DNA of 64,000 bases from the NCBI GenBank assembly GCA_963814195.1, contig CAWFBU010000008.1, forward strand, positions 19,659 through 83,658. Reading direction: 5' to 3'. Below the pieces are notes generated by a model that was not told where the DNA came from, made no database searches, and saw only the letters and a program-made list of their open reading frames with translations. The DNA comes from an uncultured Acidobacteriaceae bacterium (lineage in GTDB: Bacteria > Acidobacteriota > Terriglobia > Bryobacterales > Bryobacteraceae). The first letter of the stretch is position 1, and every line of letters begins with the position of its first letter. Position numbers and translations under genes: made by a program. Positions 26,694 to 36,021 of this stretch are shown one piece after another.

Positions 26694-29600
26694 CTAGAAG
26701 TATATCTTTGCACCGAGTTGGAGCCAACGCGGCTGGGCTTGCGAAGTAGACCGGCCGAAGTTGCCGCTCGAGAGATCGGAGTTCACCCCATTCAAATTGG
26801 GGTGGTTAAAGATGTTGTAGTACTCGAAACGCAGTTGAAGGCGAACACGCTCAGTGAAGTTCGTCGACTTGATGAGACTAGCATCGGTTTCGGCAAAACC
26901 GGGATTGCGATACTGATTCGGCTTCTCATTGCCTTCATTGCCAAAGCCTGGTTGAGTGACGATCCCATTGGCAAAGATGCCATTCAGATAAGCAGTGCGA
27001 CTCGTCGGCAAGGTGTAAGTGGAGACGTTCGGAAAATCGCGGTTAAAACCATCGGCGTTGTAATCGCCGCTACCTGGGGCGAAACCAGTGAATTTCCCGG
27101 TCGCATCCTTCAGAGGTTGGAATGAAGCACTCGTGAAGACGGTGAATGGATTGCCATTCTGAGCAGTCGACGTTCCGCTCAGCGACCATCCACTCAAAAT
27201 GCGCCCCAGCACTCCGGTTCCGTTATGGAAGGTGGGGAAATCGAAGTTCCAGATGAGGGCGAAACGGTCAGGTGCATCCCAGTCGGATGGGGCATAGTAT
27301 TGGGCCAAGTTCCCGTAGACCGGATAGATCTGCGAGTTATCCATGGAGCGCGAATGCGTGTAGGAGGCGTCGAAGTAGAACCGCTGCTTAAAGAGCCGAC
27401 CGCGAACGGCCGTAATGAGCGCATTGTAATTCGCTCTGGCTCCGTTCGCTTCATAGTTGATGGAGCCGAAGCTAGAGAGCAGGCGAGTCGGGGTTGTGCT
27501 GTTGTGCTGAATGAGGTCGCCGGCGAAGCGGTTGACGTCCTGACCGTATTGGGTATTCCCGGTCTGTCCGTAACCCGTGATGATGTTGTAGGAGTGAGAC
27601 CCCGAGTAACCGATGTTGGCGATCAAGTTCCCGAACATCTTGTGTTCCAGGGTGCCGGAATAATTGAAAGTTGTGGGCGACGTGAGGTCGTTCTGCACGG
27701 CACCGAAGGGGATCTGGGCTCCCGGTATGCCGCCTTTCGAATCGAGCGGTCGTCCCTGGAAGGCGGGATAGGGAAAGGTCGGTGTTGTTGTGCTGCTGCC
27801 TAAAGCAAAGATTGGCGCGGCGGTGGAACCGTCAGAGAAGAAGGTTGGAACGATGAAGTTCGGCGGGTTGCCGTTGATGATATCGACCAGGTTACCCAGG
27901 GTCGGCATGTCGTGATACATGCCAAAGCCGCCTCGGACGACCCAGCTACCGGTTTTGGATGGGTCCCACGCGACACCGAAACGAGGGGCGAAGGCCTTCC
28001 ACAAGGAGCTATTCAGGACGTGCTGTTGTTGTTGAGCAAAACCGTTCGCTACCTGTTGGCTGAAGGTGCTGCCCGAACCTAGGTGGAAATTGGCAACGAC
28101 CGTGCCGGGCAAGGTGGCGTACGGGTTGCCGAAGTCGTCCCAACGGAGTCCCATGGTGACCGTGAGATTTGGTTTGGCTTTCCAGATGTCTTCGGCGAAA
28201 GCGCCGCCAATCGTGTTAGAGAATCCGTAGCTTCCGGCTTGTGGCTTGCCGGTGACGGGGTTATAGGCAAGTTGGTTTTCAAATTGAACGTTTCCGGCAA
28301 CGAGATCAAGCAGGTTGTTGAATTGAAAATTCGGCTGAGTATGGACGGGAGCAAAGAGAGCAGTATCGTCACCGTGCCAGCCGTCGTAGCCAAAGCGTAA
28401 AGTGTGGTTGCCGGCAATGTGGGACAGGACGTCGCGCCAGTGATAACTGTGTTGGATGAAGTTACCTTGAGCAAAGCCGACACCGAAGCCGTTAATGCCG
28501 TTTACGTTGACGCTGGGGACGGAGAAATCGCCTGTCTTACTGTTCGTACCCTCTACCTTCAGGTAAGCGAAAGCCGCTTCGTTGAGCGTCGTCGGCGTGA
28601 AGGTGTGCGTTTCATTGACCTGGATGGAATTCGTGGTGTAACCGTTGGTCGTATTGAAGGCTGTGCGGATATTCGGGCCTCCCGTGTCGAGAGTGGTGCG
28701 GAAGTAGTTTCCGTAGAGTCGATCGCTCTTGAAATATTTATCGATACGAACAGCGTATTGCAAGCCGTTGCGATAATTGGCGGCGGTCTGAACGCCGTTG
28801 TCGATGAGAGGTGTGCTGCAAGGGAGAAACCGTGTTGCCGCCGTGCCACACGTAGTGGGAAAGGCCTGGGCTGCAGTCTGGTTGACCCCCGTGGCGTTTG
28901 CCTGTGCCGGCGTGTACTTCGTGAGCAGTTGGGTACCGACTGTGCCAGGGTATGCGCGTTGCGCGAAAGCAGTAAACGCGGGATCTTCGAAGGTGACCGA
29001 GTTGATGACGGCCTGTGAGGAGCGCAGAGGTTCTATTGCGAAGAAGAAAAAGAACTGATGGTGCGGAATAACCGGGCCACCGATGGCAGCCGATACGTTA
29101 TTGCTGTGGAAGGGCAGGTAGTTGTGGTTGAATTCCGTTCCGGCCCAGAGATATTGATTGGTGAAGTAGTCACTGGCTAACCCGTGGAAGGAATCGGTGC
29201 CGGACTTAGTGGTTTCCGTAAACACGATAGAACTTCCGCGGCCGTACTCGGAGGAGTAAGTGTTCACAGCGGCGGTTGACTCCTGAATGGCGTCGGGATT
29301 GGGCGTGAGGTTTAATACGCCCGGTCGAATGTTACTGGTGACATCAAGTCCGTCGACGACATACATGTTGGCGTTACTGCTGCGACCATTTGCGCTCGCA
29401 TCGACCTGCTGTTCCGTCGCAAAATTGTCAGCCGCTGAACCTGGACTACCGGCTGCCGAGAGACCTCGTCCAGTAACACCAGGCGCCAGGGTGACCAGGT
29501 TGATCATGTTGCGGCCAGCCAAGGGGACAGCTTCGAGTTCCTTCGGAGAAACAGTCTGCTGGTTGCGGGTTTCAGCCGTATCGATGATGGGGGTTGCGGC

Positions 29601-29963
29601 CGTAACTTCGATGGAGGTGGCGTTTCCGGCTACCGAGAGCGCGATAGGAACACTCAGGTCCTGACCCGTGGAGATGACGACCGAGACTTCGGTTTTGCCG
29701 AAGCCGGAGGCCGTGGCGGCGATGTGGTATTCGCCGGGAGCCAGACTGACGAATCGATAATTTCCTGAACTGTCGGACTTTGCGTCCTGAGAGACGTTCC
29801 TCGCGGTACTGGTCAGTTTCAGATCGGCGTTAGGAACGGTTGCTCCACTCTGATCGGTGATAGTTCCATCAATGCTGCCGCTGAATTGCGCCCAGCATGG
29901 GAGAGAAATGAAAGCAAGCAGAACACCGCCCCAGAAGGTAGGGCTGTGAGAATGTCTGAACAT
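26694..29963 (-). CDS. TonB-dependent receptor with an N-terminal carboxypeptidase-regulatory-like domain
   Basis: 1089 aa with a signal peptide. 'GTITDQSGATVPNADLKLTSTA...GNYRFVSLAPGEYHIAATASGF' marks the N-terminal domain. A plug and barrel follow, and the C-terminus 'QPRWLQLGAKIYF*' is aromatic. Confidence 0.85.
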   Translation of the reverse strand: MFRHSHSPTFWGGVLLAFISLPCWAQFSGSIDGTITDQSGATVPNADLKLTSTARNVSQDAKSDSSGNYRFVSLAPGEYHIAATASGFGKTEVSVVISTGQDLSVPIALSVAGNATSIEVTAATPIIDTAETRNQQTVSPKELEAVPLAGRNMINLVTLAPGVTGRGLSAAGSPGSAADNFATEQQVDASANGRSSNANMYVVDGLDVTSNIRPGVLNLTPNPDAIQESTAAVNTYSSEYGRGSSIVFTETTKSGTDSFHGLASDYFTNQYLWAGTEFNHNYLPFHSNNVSAAIGGPVIPHHQFFFFFAIEPLRSSQAVINSVTFEDPAFTAFAQRAYPGTVGTQLLTKYTPAQANATGVNQTAAQAFPTTCGTAATRFLPCSTPLIDNGVQTAANYRNGLQYAVRIDKYFKSDRLYGNYFRTTLDTGGPNIRTAFNTTNGYTTNSIQVNETHTFTPTTLNEAAFAYLKVEGTNSKTGDFSVPSVNVNGINGFGVGFAQGNFIQHSYHWRDVLSHIAGNHTLRFGYDGWHGDDTALFAPVHTQPNFQFNNLLDLVAGNVQFENQLAYNPVTGKPQAGSYGFSNTIGGAFAEDIWKAKPNLTVTMGLRWDDFGNPYATLPGTVVANFHLGSGSTFSQQVANGFAQQQQHVLNSSLWKAFAPRFGVAWDPSKTGSWVVRGGFGMYHDMPTLGNLVDIINGNPPNFIVPTFFSDGSTAAPIFALGSSTTTPTFPYPAFQGRPLDSKGGIPGAQIPFGAVQNDLTSPTTFNYSGTLEHKMFGNLIANIGYSGSHSYNIITGYGQTGNTQYGQDVNRFAGDLIQHNSTTPTRLLSSFGSINYEANGARANYNALITAVRGRLFKQRFYFDASYTHSRSMDNSQIYPVYGNLAQYYAPSDWDAPDRFALIWNFDFPTFHNGTGVLGRILSGWSLSGTSTAQNGNPFTVFTSASFQPLKDATGKFTGFAPGSGDYNADGFNRDFPNVSTYTLPTSRTAYLNGIFANGIVTQPGFGNEGNEKPNQYRNPGFAETDASLIKSTNFTERVRLQLRFEYYNIFNHPNLNGVNSDLSSGNFGRSTSQAQPRWLQLGAKIYF

Positions 29964-30065
29964 GGACCCCTCGTAGAAACAGATTAGGTTTTAGGTATTA
30001 TACATATCCGCAAGACATCTGTTGTTACTGAATTGAGACCTCTTCCGATACGCGGCGGAATGGAC

Positions 30066-30788
30066 TTATTCGGCTTGCTGCTGCTGCATGAGCTCGTAGC
30101 AGTAGTGGGTCTTGATGGTGGGCCAGGCCACGTGATCGCGGTCGCGGGCAACCATGTGGTGGGCTACGCGGCGTTGGATTTGCTCCATCGGAAATTCGAA
30201 GCCAAACATCGCTAAGTCGTCCAGATCAAAGGGCAAATCTTTGTCTTTGCAGTGGGTGTAGAAGCGGGCTACTTCTTCTAGCTTTGAAGCTTCGAGCTTG
30301 CGGCGGGCGGTTTGGAGAGTGTTCAAGCTGACGAGCTCGCGTTCGCGCTGACGATTGAGGCGCGATTCCTGGACAGCGAGGTTCGCGAGCGCTTTCTGGA
30401 GTTCGAGTTGCACTTCGGCTTCGATGAGCAGGGCGCGGATGTCTTCCGGTTCTTCGGTGTGGGTGTTGGCGAAGCGTTTGCGGCCGAGGGCTAGGAAAGC
30501 AGTTTCCAAGGTCGGGATGCGGAGGATTCGCCATTCGATGTGGGCGATGTTCTGGGCGTGGAAGCGTTCCTCGTCCGTGGCGGGCTGGTAGCGGTCTTCG
30601 ATGCTGGCCAGGTGGGCTTGGTATTCCCCCACGTTATCCGTCGGTAGCAGGACGGTTCGACCGGTGAGGCCGGTTTTCAGGGCGTTGTGGGACGAGATCT
30701 TCTTTCCTTCTTCGGTGTTTGGGCCGGTGGATTTCGCGGCGTTGGCCCGGTTGGCAGACTGGCGTGCTGCGCTGATGCTTTTCTTCAT
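30066..30788 (-). CDS. conserved hypothetical protein (basic N-terminus and coiled coil)
   Basis: The start was chosen at MKKSISAARQSANRANAAKSTGPNTEEGKKISSHNALKTGLTG. The central part is rich in heptad repeats. No known domain was recognised. Confidence 0.5.
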   Translation of the reverse strand: MKKSISAARQSANRANAAKSTGPNTEEGKKISSHNALKTGLTGRTVLLPTDNVGEYQAHLASIEDRYQPATDEERFHAQNIAHIEWRILRIPTLETAFLALGRKRFANTHTEEPEDIRALLIEAEVQLELQKALANLAVQESRLNRQRERELVSLNTLQTARRKLEASKLEEVARFYTHCKDKDLPFDLDDLAMFGFEFPMEQIQRRVAHHMVARDRDHVAWPTIKTHYCYELMQQQQAE

Positions 30789-30997
30789 GCAAGAGACTCC
30801 TTGAGAATCGTTTCGATTGCACAGGTAGCATGCGGCGGGTTCGTTCCGGTGTTGATTTAGGAGGAGGTGGCCGGAAGTTGTTGGGGATGGAGGAGTTCTA
30901 GGCGCGATTTTCTTGAGTTGGTTTGTGATTAAGGATCGGGGTGGAAACAGGGTAAGAGTTGCGGTTCTAGTGTCTCTGTTTTGCAGGACGGAGATTG

Positions 30998-31010
30998 TTA
31001 ATTGCATTAA
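30998..31010. promoter_or_regulatory. palindrome TTAAT-TGC-ATTAA upstream of the MarR-type gene (putative operator)
   Basis: The inverted repeat is read directly from the sequence. It lies 19-31 nt upstream of the ATG at 31029, in an A+T-rich divergent promoter region. Confidence 0.35.
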
Positions 31011-31028
31011 TGATGTACAGTATTAACG

Positions 31029-31994
31029 ATGGCACCCGTCAACTCCGGCACATCGATGATGCCGCCAAGCGTCGGCGTGGCATTCCTTGTCTCGCAAGTC
31101 GGTGCCCACGCGGCCATGGCTTTTGCCGAGCAACTCAGTGTTTTGACTCTCAAGCCCTATGACGCTGGAATCCTTCGCATTCTGGGAAGCAATCCGGGCA
31201 TTACTCAGCAGGCCTTGAGTCGTGGATTGGGGATGTTCCCGAGTCGCCTCGTTGCGCTATTGGACGACCTAGAACGTCAAAAGCTGATCGCCCGAAGAGA
31301 GAGTCCCTCCGACCGGCGAATCTATCAACTGCACCTAACTGAAGCGGGCACCGCGGCATTGATCGAAATTGGCCGACTGACGGTCGAGTTAGAAGACAAG
31401 CTCTTTGCCGCCTTGACCGCTGAAGAGAAGGAATTCCTGGGTTCGTTGCTGGCCCGAATCGTTGCACAACAGCAGATCACTCCAAGCGTCCATCCGGCTT
31501 ATCGCCAGATCAGCACAGGAGAAGTCACCGTATCGGCAAGAGAAAGGACCATGCAACAAACCTTTACAACAAGGCTGCGCAAAGACTCGAACAAGAACGT
31601 CACCGGAATTGTTGTGCCGCCTGAGGTTATGTCGGCGCTCAGCACCAGCAAGAAGCCGGCGGTGAAAGTTACGGTGAACGGCTATACGTACCGCTCAACG
31701 GTAGCGGTTATGGGAGGGGAATTTATGATCAGCCTCAGCTCAGAGAACCGGAAAGCGGCGGGTTTGAAAGGAGACGAGGAACTAGAGGTAAAGCTTGAGT
31801 TGGACACGGAACCCCGTACGGTCGAAATCCCTTCTGATCTGAGAGCCGCTCTGAGCAAAGGTAACCTGCTGGATGCGTTTGAGAAGGTTGCCCCGTCCGG
31901 CCGTAAGGAATTTGTGCGACAGGTGGCAGAGGCCAAGACAGCGGAGACCCGCAAACGTAGAATCGAGAAGATTGTGGAAGCCCTGCAGCCCTAG
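31029..31994 (+). CDS. MarR-family regulator fused in one ORF to a DUF1905/YdeI-like domain
   Basis: Residues about 15-145 are MarR-like ('LKPYDAGILRILGSNPGITQQALSRGLGMFPSRLVALLDDLERQKLIARRESPSDRRIYQLHLTEAG'). Residues about 175-321 are DUF1905/YdeI-like ('VTGIVVPPEVMSAL...KVTVNGYTYRSTVAVMGGEFMISL' and 'GRKEFVRQVAEAKTAETRKRRIEKIVEAL'). Confidence 0.65.
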   Translation: MAPVNSGTSMMPPSVGVAFLVSQVGAHAAMAFAEQLSVLTLKPYDAGILRILGSNPGITQQALSRGLGMFPSRLVALLDDLERQKLIARRESPSDRRIYQLHLTEAGTAALIEIGRLTVELEDKLFAALTAEEKEFLGSLLARIVAQQQITPSVHPAYRQISTGEVTVSARERTMQQTFTTRLRKDSNKNVTGIVVPPEVMSALSTSKKPAVKVTVNGYTYRSTVAVMGGEFMISLSSENRKAAGLKGDEELEVKLELDTEPRTVEIPSDLRAALSKGNLLDAFEKVAPSGRKEFVRQVAEAKTAETRKRRIEKIVEALQP

Positions 31995-32015
31995 AGCGAA
32001 CGAAAAGTAGGTATC

Positions 32016-32462
32016 GTGTCTACGATTTCAACTGGCATTTCGCAGCGGCCCGGCAGCATTCCAGTCCGACTTGCCGCCCGGCTGATTGACGCGTTGGTTC
32101 TTGTGTTGGCCGGAACCACGCTTGGAAAATTCATTGGATTTGGTTTTGATTGGCTGATAGCCACCGCGGGCCTCGCGATCCTGTACTGGGTGCTGATGGA
32201 CGTATGTTGCGGCGCAACGCTGGGAAAGTTCGTCATGCGTCTGCGCGTGATCGGCCCTACTGGTCTTCGACCGACACTGCGCCAAGCGTTCATTCGTGAG
32301 GCTTTCACATTGGTTGGTGCCGTTCCTTATATTGGACCTTTCCTCGCTCTCGGTGTTTGGGGATGGATCATAGTGACCATGCGGTCAAGCGCGTTACGGC
32401 AGGGGAAGCATGACCTCCTCGCAGGAGGCACACGGGTGGTCCAACGCGTGATGGTGTCGTAA
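32016..32462 (+). CDS. RDD-family membrane protein
   Basis: RDD-family segments are present: 'RLAARLIDALVLVLAG', 'GATLGKFVMRLRVIG' and 'GKHDLLAGGTRVV'. Confidence 0.7.
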   Translation: MSTISTGISQRPGSIPVRLAARLIDALVLVLAGTTLGKFIGFGFDWLIATAGLAILYWVLMDVCCGATLGKFVMRLRVIGPTGLRPTLRQAFIREAFTLVGAVPYIGPFLALGVWGWIIVTMRSSALRQGKHDLLAGGTRVVQRVMVS

Positions 32463-32508
32463 CCGCAAGGGCTATTGAGTTGCCCATTGAGTCCACATGG
32501 ACTCGCGA

Positions 32509-33207
32509 TCAGCAACTGGCGGCGGGGATGGCTCCGTAGCGGCGGTCGCGTGTGCGGAACTCCGAAACGGCGTCGCGCAGTTCGCTTGAGGTGAATTCGG
32601 GCCACATGCATTTCGTGAAGACTAGCTCGGCGTAGGCGCATTCCCACAGCAGAAAGTCACTCAGGCGCTGCTCGCCTCCGGTTCGGATCAGCAGGTCAAC
32701 GGGTTTGCCGCATCCCAGCAGTTCTTCAAAGCCCTTGGATGTCAGGGCCGAACCGTTTGCACGTTGAGTTGCGCTCAGGATGGCTTCGCGGGCCGAGTAA
32801 TCGATGGCGAGTTGAAGATGCAGGCGATCGCCCCGGTCTGTCCTGCGTTCGGCGTCGGCGATGGCCTGCAGTAATCGCGGAGGCAGCCGATCGCGGCGGC
32901 CGATGACGGATAGCCGGACGCGGTTTTTGATGAGGCGCGGTGTCTCACTTTCCAGATAGCGTGCCAGCAGGTTCATGAGACCCGCGACCTCTTCGGGCGG
33001 GCGCTTCCAGTTGTCGGACGAGAAGGCATAGGCCGTGAGAGTTGTGATGTGAAAGCCGGGTGCGGCCTCGACGACGGCGCGGAGAACCTCTGCACCAGCG
33101 TGGTGTCCGGCTAGACGAGGCAGTCCGCAACGGGTGGCCCAGCGTCCGTTTCCGTCCATGATGAGGGCGACATGCAAAGTACTTTGTGTCATAGAGTAAA
33201 GGGGCAA
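32509..33207 (-). CDS. uppS: isoprenyl transferase (undecaprenyl-diphosphate synthase)
   Basis: UppS landmarks are present: 'HVALIMDGNGRWA', 'LTAYAFSSDNWKRP', 'RTGGEQRLSDFLLWE' and 'DRRYG'. Confidence 0.9.
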   Translation of the reverse strand: MPLYSMTQSTLHVALIMDGNGRWATRCGLPRLAGHHAGAEVLRAVVEAAPGFHITTLTAYAFSSDNWKRPPEEVAGLMNLLARYLESETPRLIKNRVRLSVIGRRDRLPPRLLQAIADAERRTDRGDRLHLQLAIDYSAREAILSATQRANGSALTSKGFEELLGCGKPVDLLIRTGGEQRLSDFLLWECAYAELVFTKCMWPEFTSSELRDAVSEFRTRDRRYGAIPAASC

Positions 33208-33213
33208 TTTTTT

Positions 33214-33597
33214 TTAGTGACGGCGAGTGGCTTTGATCAGCGATTCCATTTGATCGAGATAGGCTTCGAGGGCTGCGCGGCCTTTCTTTGTGAGGCGAAA
33301 GTTGCTGCGAGGCACCCTCCCTTCAAACGTCTTGTCGCAAGCGACGTATCCAGCCTCTTCGAGCTTTCGGGAGTGGACGCTGAGGTTTCCATCCGTGGTG
33401 GAGAGAATGGCCTTGAGTTCACCGAACGTGAGTGTCTGGTTGACGGAAAGCGCACTGATAATGCCGAGCCGGAGACGTTCATGAATGATGCGGTCGAGCG
33501 TGCACGCGCCGGAACCAGCAGCAACGGTTTCGGCACTCTTGCGGTCGTTCTTGGCGGCGGCGTTTGCTTTAGCCACCGTAGTTCCTTGCGATGACAA
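33214..33597 (-). CDS. winged-helix transcriptional regulator (HTH_34-like)
   Basis: The wHTH pattern is 'LDRIIHERLRLGIISALSVNQTLTFGELKAILSTTDGNLSVHSRKLEEAGYV...FRLTKKGRAALEAYL'. An alternative GTG start lies at 33576. Confidence 0.7.
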   Translation of the reverse strand: MSSQGTTVAKANAAAKNDRKSAETVAAGSGACTLDRIIHERLRLGIISALSVNQTLTFGELKAILSTTDGNLSVHSRKLEEAGYVACDKTFEGRVPRSNFRLTKKGRAALEAYLDQMESLIKATRRH

Positions 33598-34225
33598 ACC
33601 CGAACCCTAGATGGAGGCCACCGAAACCCAGGGCCATGAGCGGGTCGGCCCAAGCGGAGGGAGCAAAGGCGGCCACAGCGCCGAGCAGCAGAAAGCAGAG
33701 CCCCATGAGGGGGACGATGCGAACGGAGAAAGCGCCTCCTGAGGAGACCCCCGCGCCATACAGCAGCAACCAAACCGCCGGCAAGAGGTGGCTTGCGCCA
33801 GAGCGGTAGAGCACCAAGGTCAGGATGAGGCCAACGAAGACGGAGGGCAACATGGCGAGGACAAAACGGCGGAACGGCTTGGAAAGAAAAGCGGTCTGGC
33901 CCTGAAGGGCCTTGCGGTAAGAAAACGCAACTGCTATGCAGAGTGCGAGAAGGGCTTCGACACTCCAGATCAAGAGCCAGGCGAGCGGACTTCTGCTTAA
34001 GTGAGCGGAGAAACCGGCCAGGAGGGCAGTGGCGCCCATGACCATACCGCCGACGCCTGGGACGGCAGTGAAAGAGCTTGCGTTCTCCATGGTGGCGCGG
34101 ATGAAGTTCAGGTTTTCCATGGCCTGAATGTGGAGGGGAGCAGGTGCAGCGGGAACCCTGCGGATGGGCAGCACAGTTGCCATGTGGCCGATTATAAGCG
34201 CACCGCAAAGAACTTTGCAATGCAA
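33569..34225 (-). CDS. polytopic membrane protein co-transcribed with the wHTH regulator
   Basis: It has five or six hydrophobic helices, and its stop overlaps the regulator start. The exact start is uncertain. Confidence 0.5.
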   Translation of the reverse strand: MHCKVLCGALIIGHMATVLPIRRVPAAPAPLHIQAMENLNFIRATMENASSFTAVPGVGGMVMGATALLAGFSAHLSRSPLAWLLIWSVEALLALCIAVAFSYRKALQGQTAFLSKPFRRFVLAMLPSVFVGLILTLVLYRSGASHLLPAVWLLLYGAGVSSGGAFSVRIVPLMGLCFLLLGAVAAFAPSAWADPLMALGFGGLHLGFGFVIARNYGG

Positions 34226-34279
34226 AGTATCTGGAGCCGGTACTGAGTACTTTCAAATTTGGAATTTAGGGACGGAGCT

Positions 34280-35707
34280 TTATGCGTGAGGGGGCAGATC
34301 CGCTTCCGGTGGGTGCTGTTTGTGGAAGTCGGTTACCCGCTGGAATTCGCGAGCGAAGGCCAGGAGGCGATTTTCTGTGAAAGGGGGCCCGACGATTTGC
34401 AACCCAATGGGAAGCCCGTTGACGAGACCACAGGGAACTGTAATGGCGGGCAGGCCGCATAGATTTGTGGCTTGTACGAGACCGGCAACGACGCCTTTCT
34501 GGTCGGGATATTTGGGAGGCGTGTCATCGAAGGGCTGGTCGGCACGGTCGGGAAGGTTGAGACGCGTGGGAGCGATGAGGAGGTCGTAGTCGCCAAACAA
34601 TTTCCGGAAGGCGGACTGAATTTGAGTCCGTACGCGCATGGCTTTCAAGTAGTCGAGCGCGGAGTATTGCATGGAGGCTTTCAGTCCATCTACCTGGCTT
34701 TGGTCGGCGAGGGTGTCGAGTTGGCCGCTGCGAACAAGCACTTCAAAGATAGAAGCGGCTTCGGAATCGATTACGGTTCCGATGATCGGTCCGTAGGGGA
34801 AATCGGGCAGGCGTGCCTCAGCCATTTGCGGCCGTAAGGCCTTGACTGCCGCAAGCGCATTGGCGAAAGCCGGGCGCAGTGGCTCATCGACCCACTCGGC
34901 GAAATCGATTTCGGCGTATCCGATTTTCATTTCGCTGATGGCCTGGTAGTAGGCGGGCGTGTAGTAGAAGCTTTTGCCTGCCGAGCCCGGATCGTTGCTG
35001 TCGCTGCCCGCAATGGCGTGCAGGACGAGTCCGCAATCGTCAGCGGTGTGGGCAAGAACGCCGAGCTTATCGAGCGTCCAGGAGAGGGCCATCGCGCCGG
35101 TGCGGCTGACCAGACCATAGGTGGGCCGGAGCCCGGTGATGCCACAGAAACAGGCAGGAGTCAGGATCGATCCGGAGGTTTCAGAGCCAATGGCAAAGGG
35201 AACGAGGCCTGCGGCAACGGCAGCTGCCGAACCACTGGAAGAACCGCCCGACCAATACTTTCGATTCCATGGATTGAGCCCGGGTCCCTGCAAGGAAGCG
35301 GACGCGGAACTATAGCCGCCGCCTCCGGCGAGTTCCACCATGGAGAGTTTACCGATGAGGATCGCCTTCGCGGAATCGAGATTCTGGACTACTTGGGCGT
35401 CGTCTTCGAAGACCTGATGTTCGAAAGGCTTGGCGCCCCAGGTAGTGGGCGCTCCGGCAACGGCGAGCAGGTCCTTGACACCATAAGGTATGCCCTGCAG
35501 TGGACTGCGGAAACGCTCGCGTTTGAGTTCGTCATCGACATCTTTAGCAGATTCGTGGCCACGCTTAGCGAGCGAGCAGGCCAGCGCGTTGTAGACCGGC
35601 CCGATGGATTCGAGACGGCCGGTAAAGAATTTTGTGAGTTCGCGGCAAGAGAACTGACGTTTGCGCAGAGCGCTGCTGAGATCAGGAATGGTTGCGAATG
35701 GGTCCAT
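34280..35707 (-). CDS. amidase-signature (GatA-like) amidase without its own signal peptide
   Basis: The amidase signature appears as 'GGSSSGSAAAVAAGLVPFAIGSETSGSI' and 'GIPYGVKDLL'. The N-terminus MDPFATIPDLSSALRKRQF is not signal-like. Confidence 0.85.
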   Translation of the reverse strand: MDPFATIPDLSSALRKRQFSCRELTKFFTGRLESIGPVYNALACSLAKRGHESAKDVDDELKRERFRSPLQGIPYGVKDLLAVAGAPTTWGAKPFEHQVFEDDAQVVQNLDSAKAILIGKLSMVELAGGGGYSSASASLQGPGLNPWNRKYWSGGSSSGSAAAVAAGLVPFAIGSETSGSILTPACFCGITGLRPTYGLVSRTGAMALSWTLDKLGVLAHTADDCGLVLHAIAGSDSNDPGSAGKSFYYTPAYYQAISEMKIGYAEIDFAEWVDEPLRPAFANALAAVKALRPQMAEARLPDFPYGPIIGTVIDSEAASIFEVLVRSGQLDTLADQSQVDGLKASMQYSALDYLKAMRVRTQIQSAFRKLFGDYDLLIAPTRLNLPDRADQPFDDTPPKYPDQKGVVAGLVQATNLCGLPAITVPCGLVNGLPIGLQIVGPPFTENRLLAFAREFQRVTDFHKQHPPEADLPPHA

Positions 35708-35724
35708 GCGTCAAGTCGTGGAAC

Positions 35725-35961
35725 TCAGACCTTGAAGGAGAAGGCCGGCTCGACGTTCATGGGGACCTCCAACTTTGCAAGACGGGCGCTGACCTGGCGG
35801 ACGCCGTCAAGAGCTTTCTCTAGATTGGGGGCTGCGGGTGAGGGCGTGGGGGGCGCCTGGACGGTTTGGGCCGCCAAGGGAGCAGCACTGAGCAGGGCCG
35901 TCCATTGACGCCGGGTCAACTGGGGTTGGTCAGAAGTGCGGCGAGGTCGCATTGCCGCCAT
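35725..35961 (-). CDS. small GatC/AtzG-like protein with a Tat-type leader
   Basis: '[22 protein letters not shown]' combines a twin-arginine, an h-region and AxA. The tail '[30 protein letters not shown]' resembles the GatC-type C-terminus. It ends 17 nt upstream of the amidase start. Confidence 0.45.
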   Translation of the reverse strand: MAAMRPRRTSDQPQLTRRQWTALLSAAPLAAQTVQAPPTPSPAAPNLEKALDGVRQVSARLAKLEVPMNVEPAFSFKV

Positions 35962-36021
35962 TATAGGCGGTCGAATATAAAGGTAGAAGGAAACACAGAA
36001 ACCCAAGCAAGGAGACTAAGC

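Noticed and set aside
33237-34256. 339-aa minus-strand ORF overlapping the wHTH regulator and membrane-protein genes
   Set aside because: It is an alternative frame of two well-supported genes on the same strand. Its extreme Arg/Pro/His composition marks it as a GC-skewed shadow ORF.
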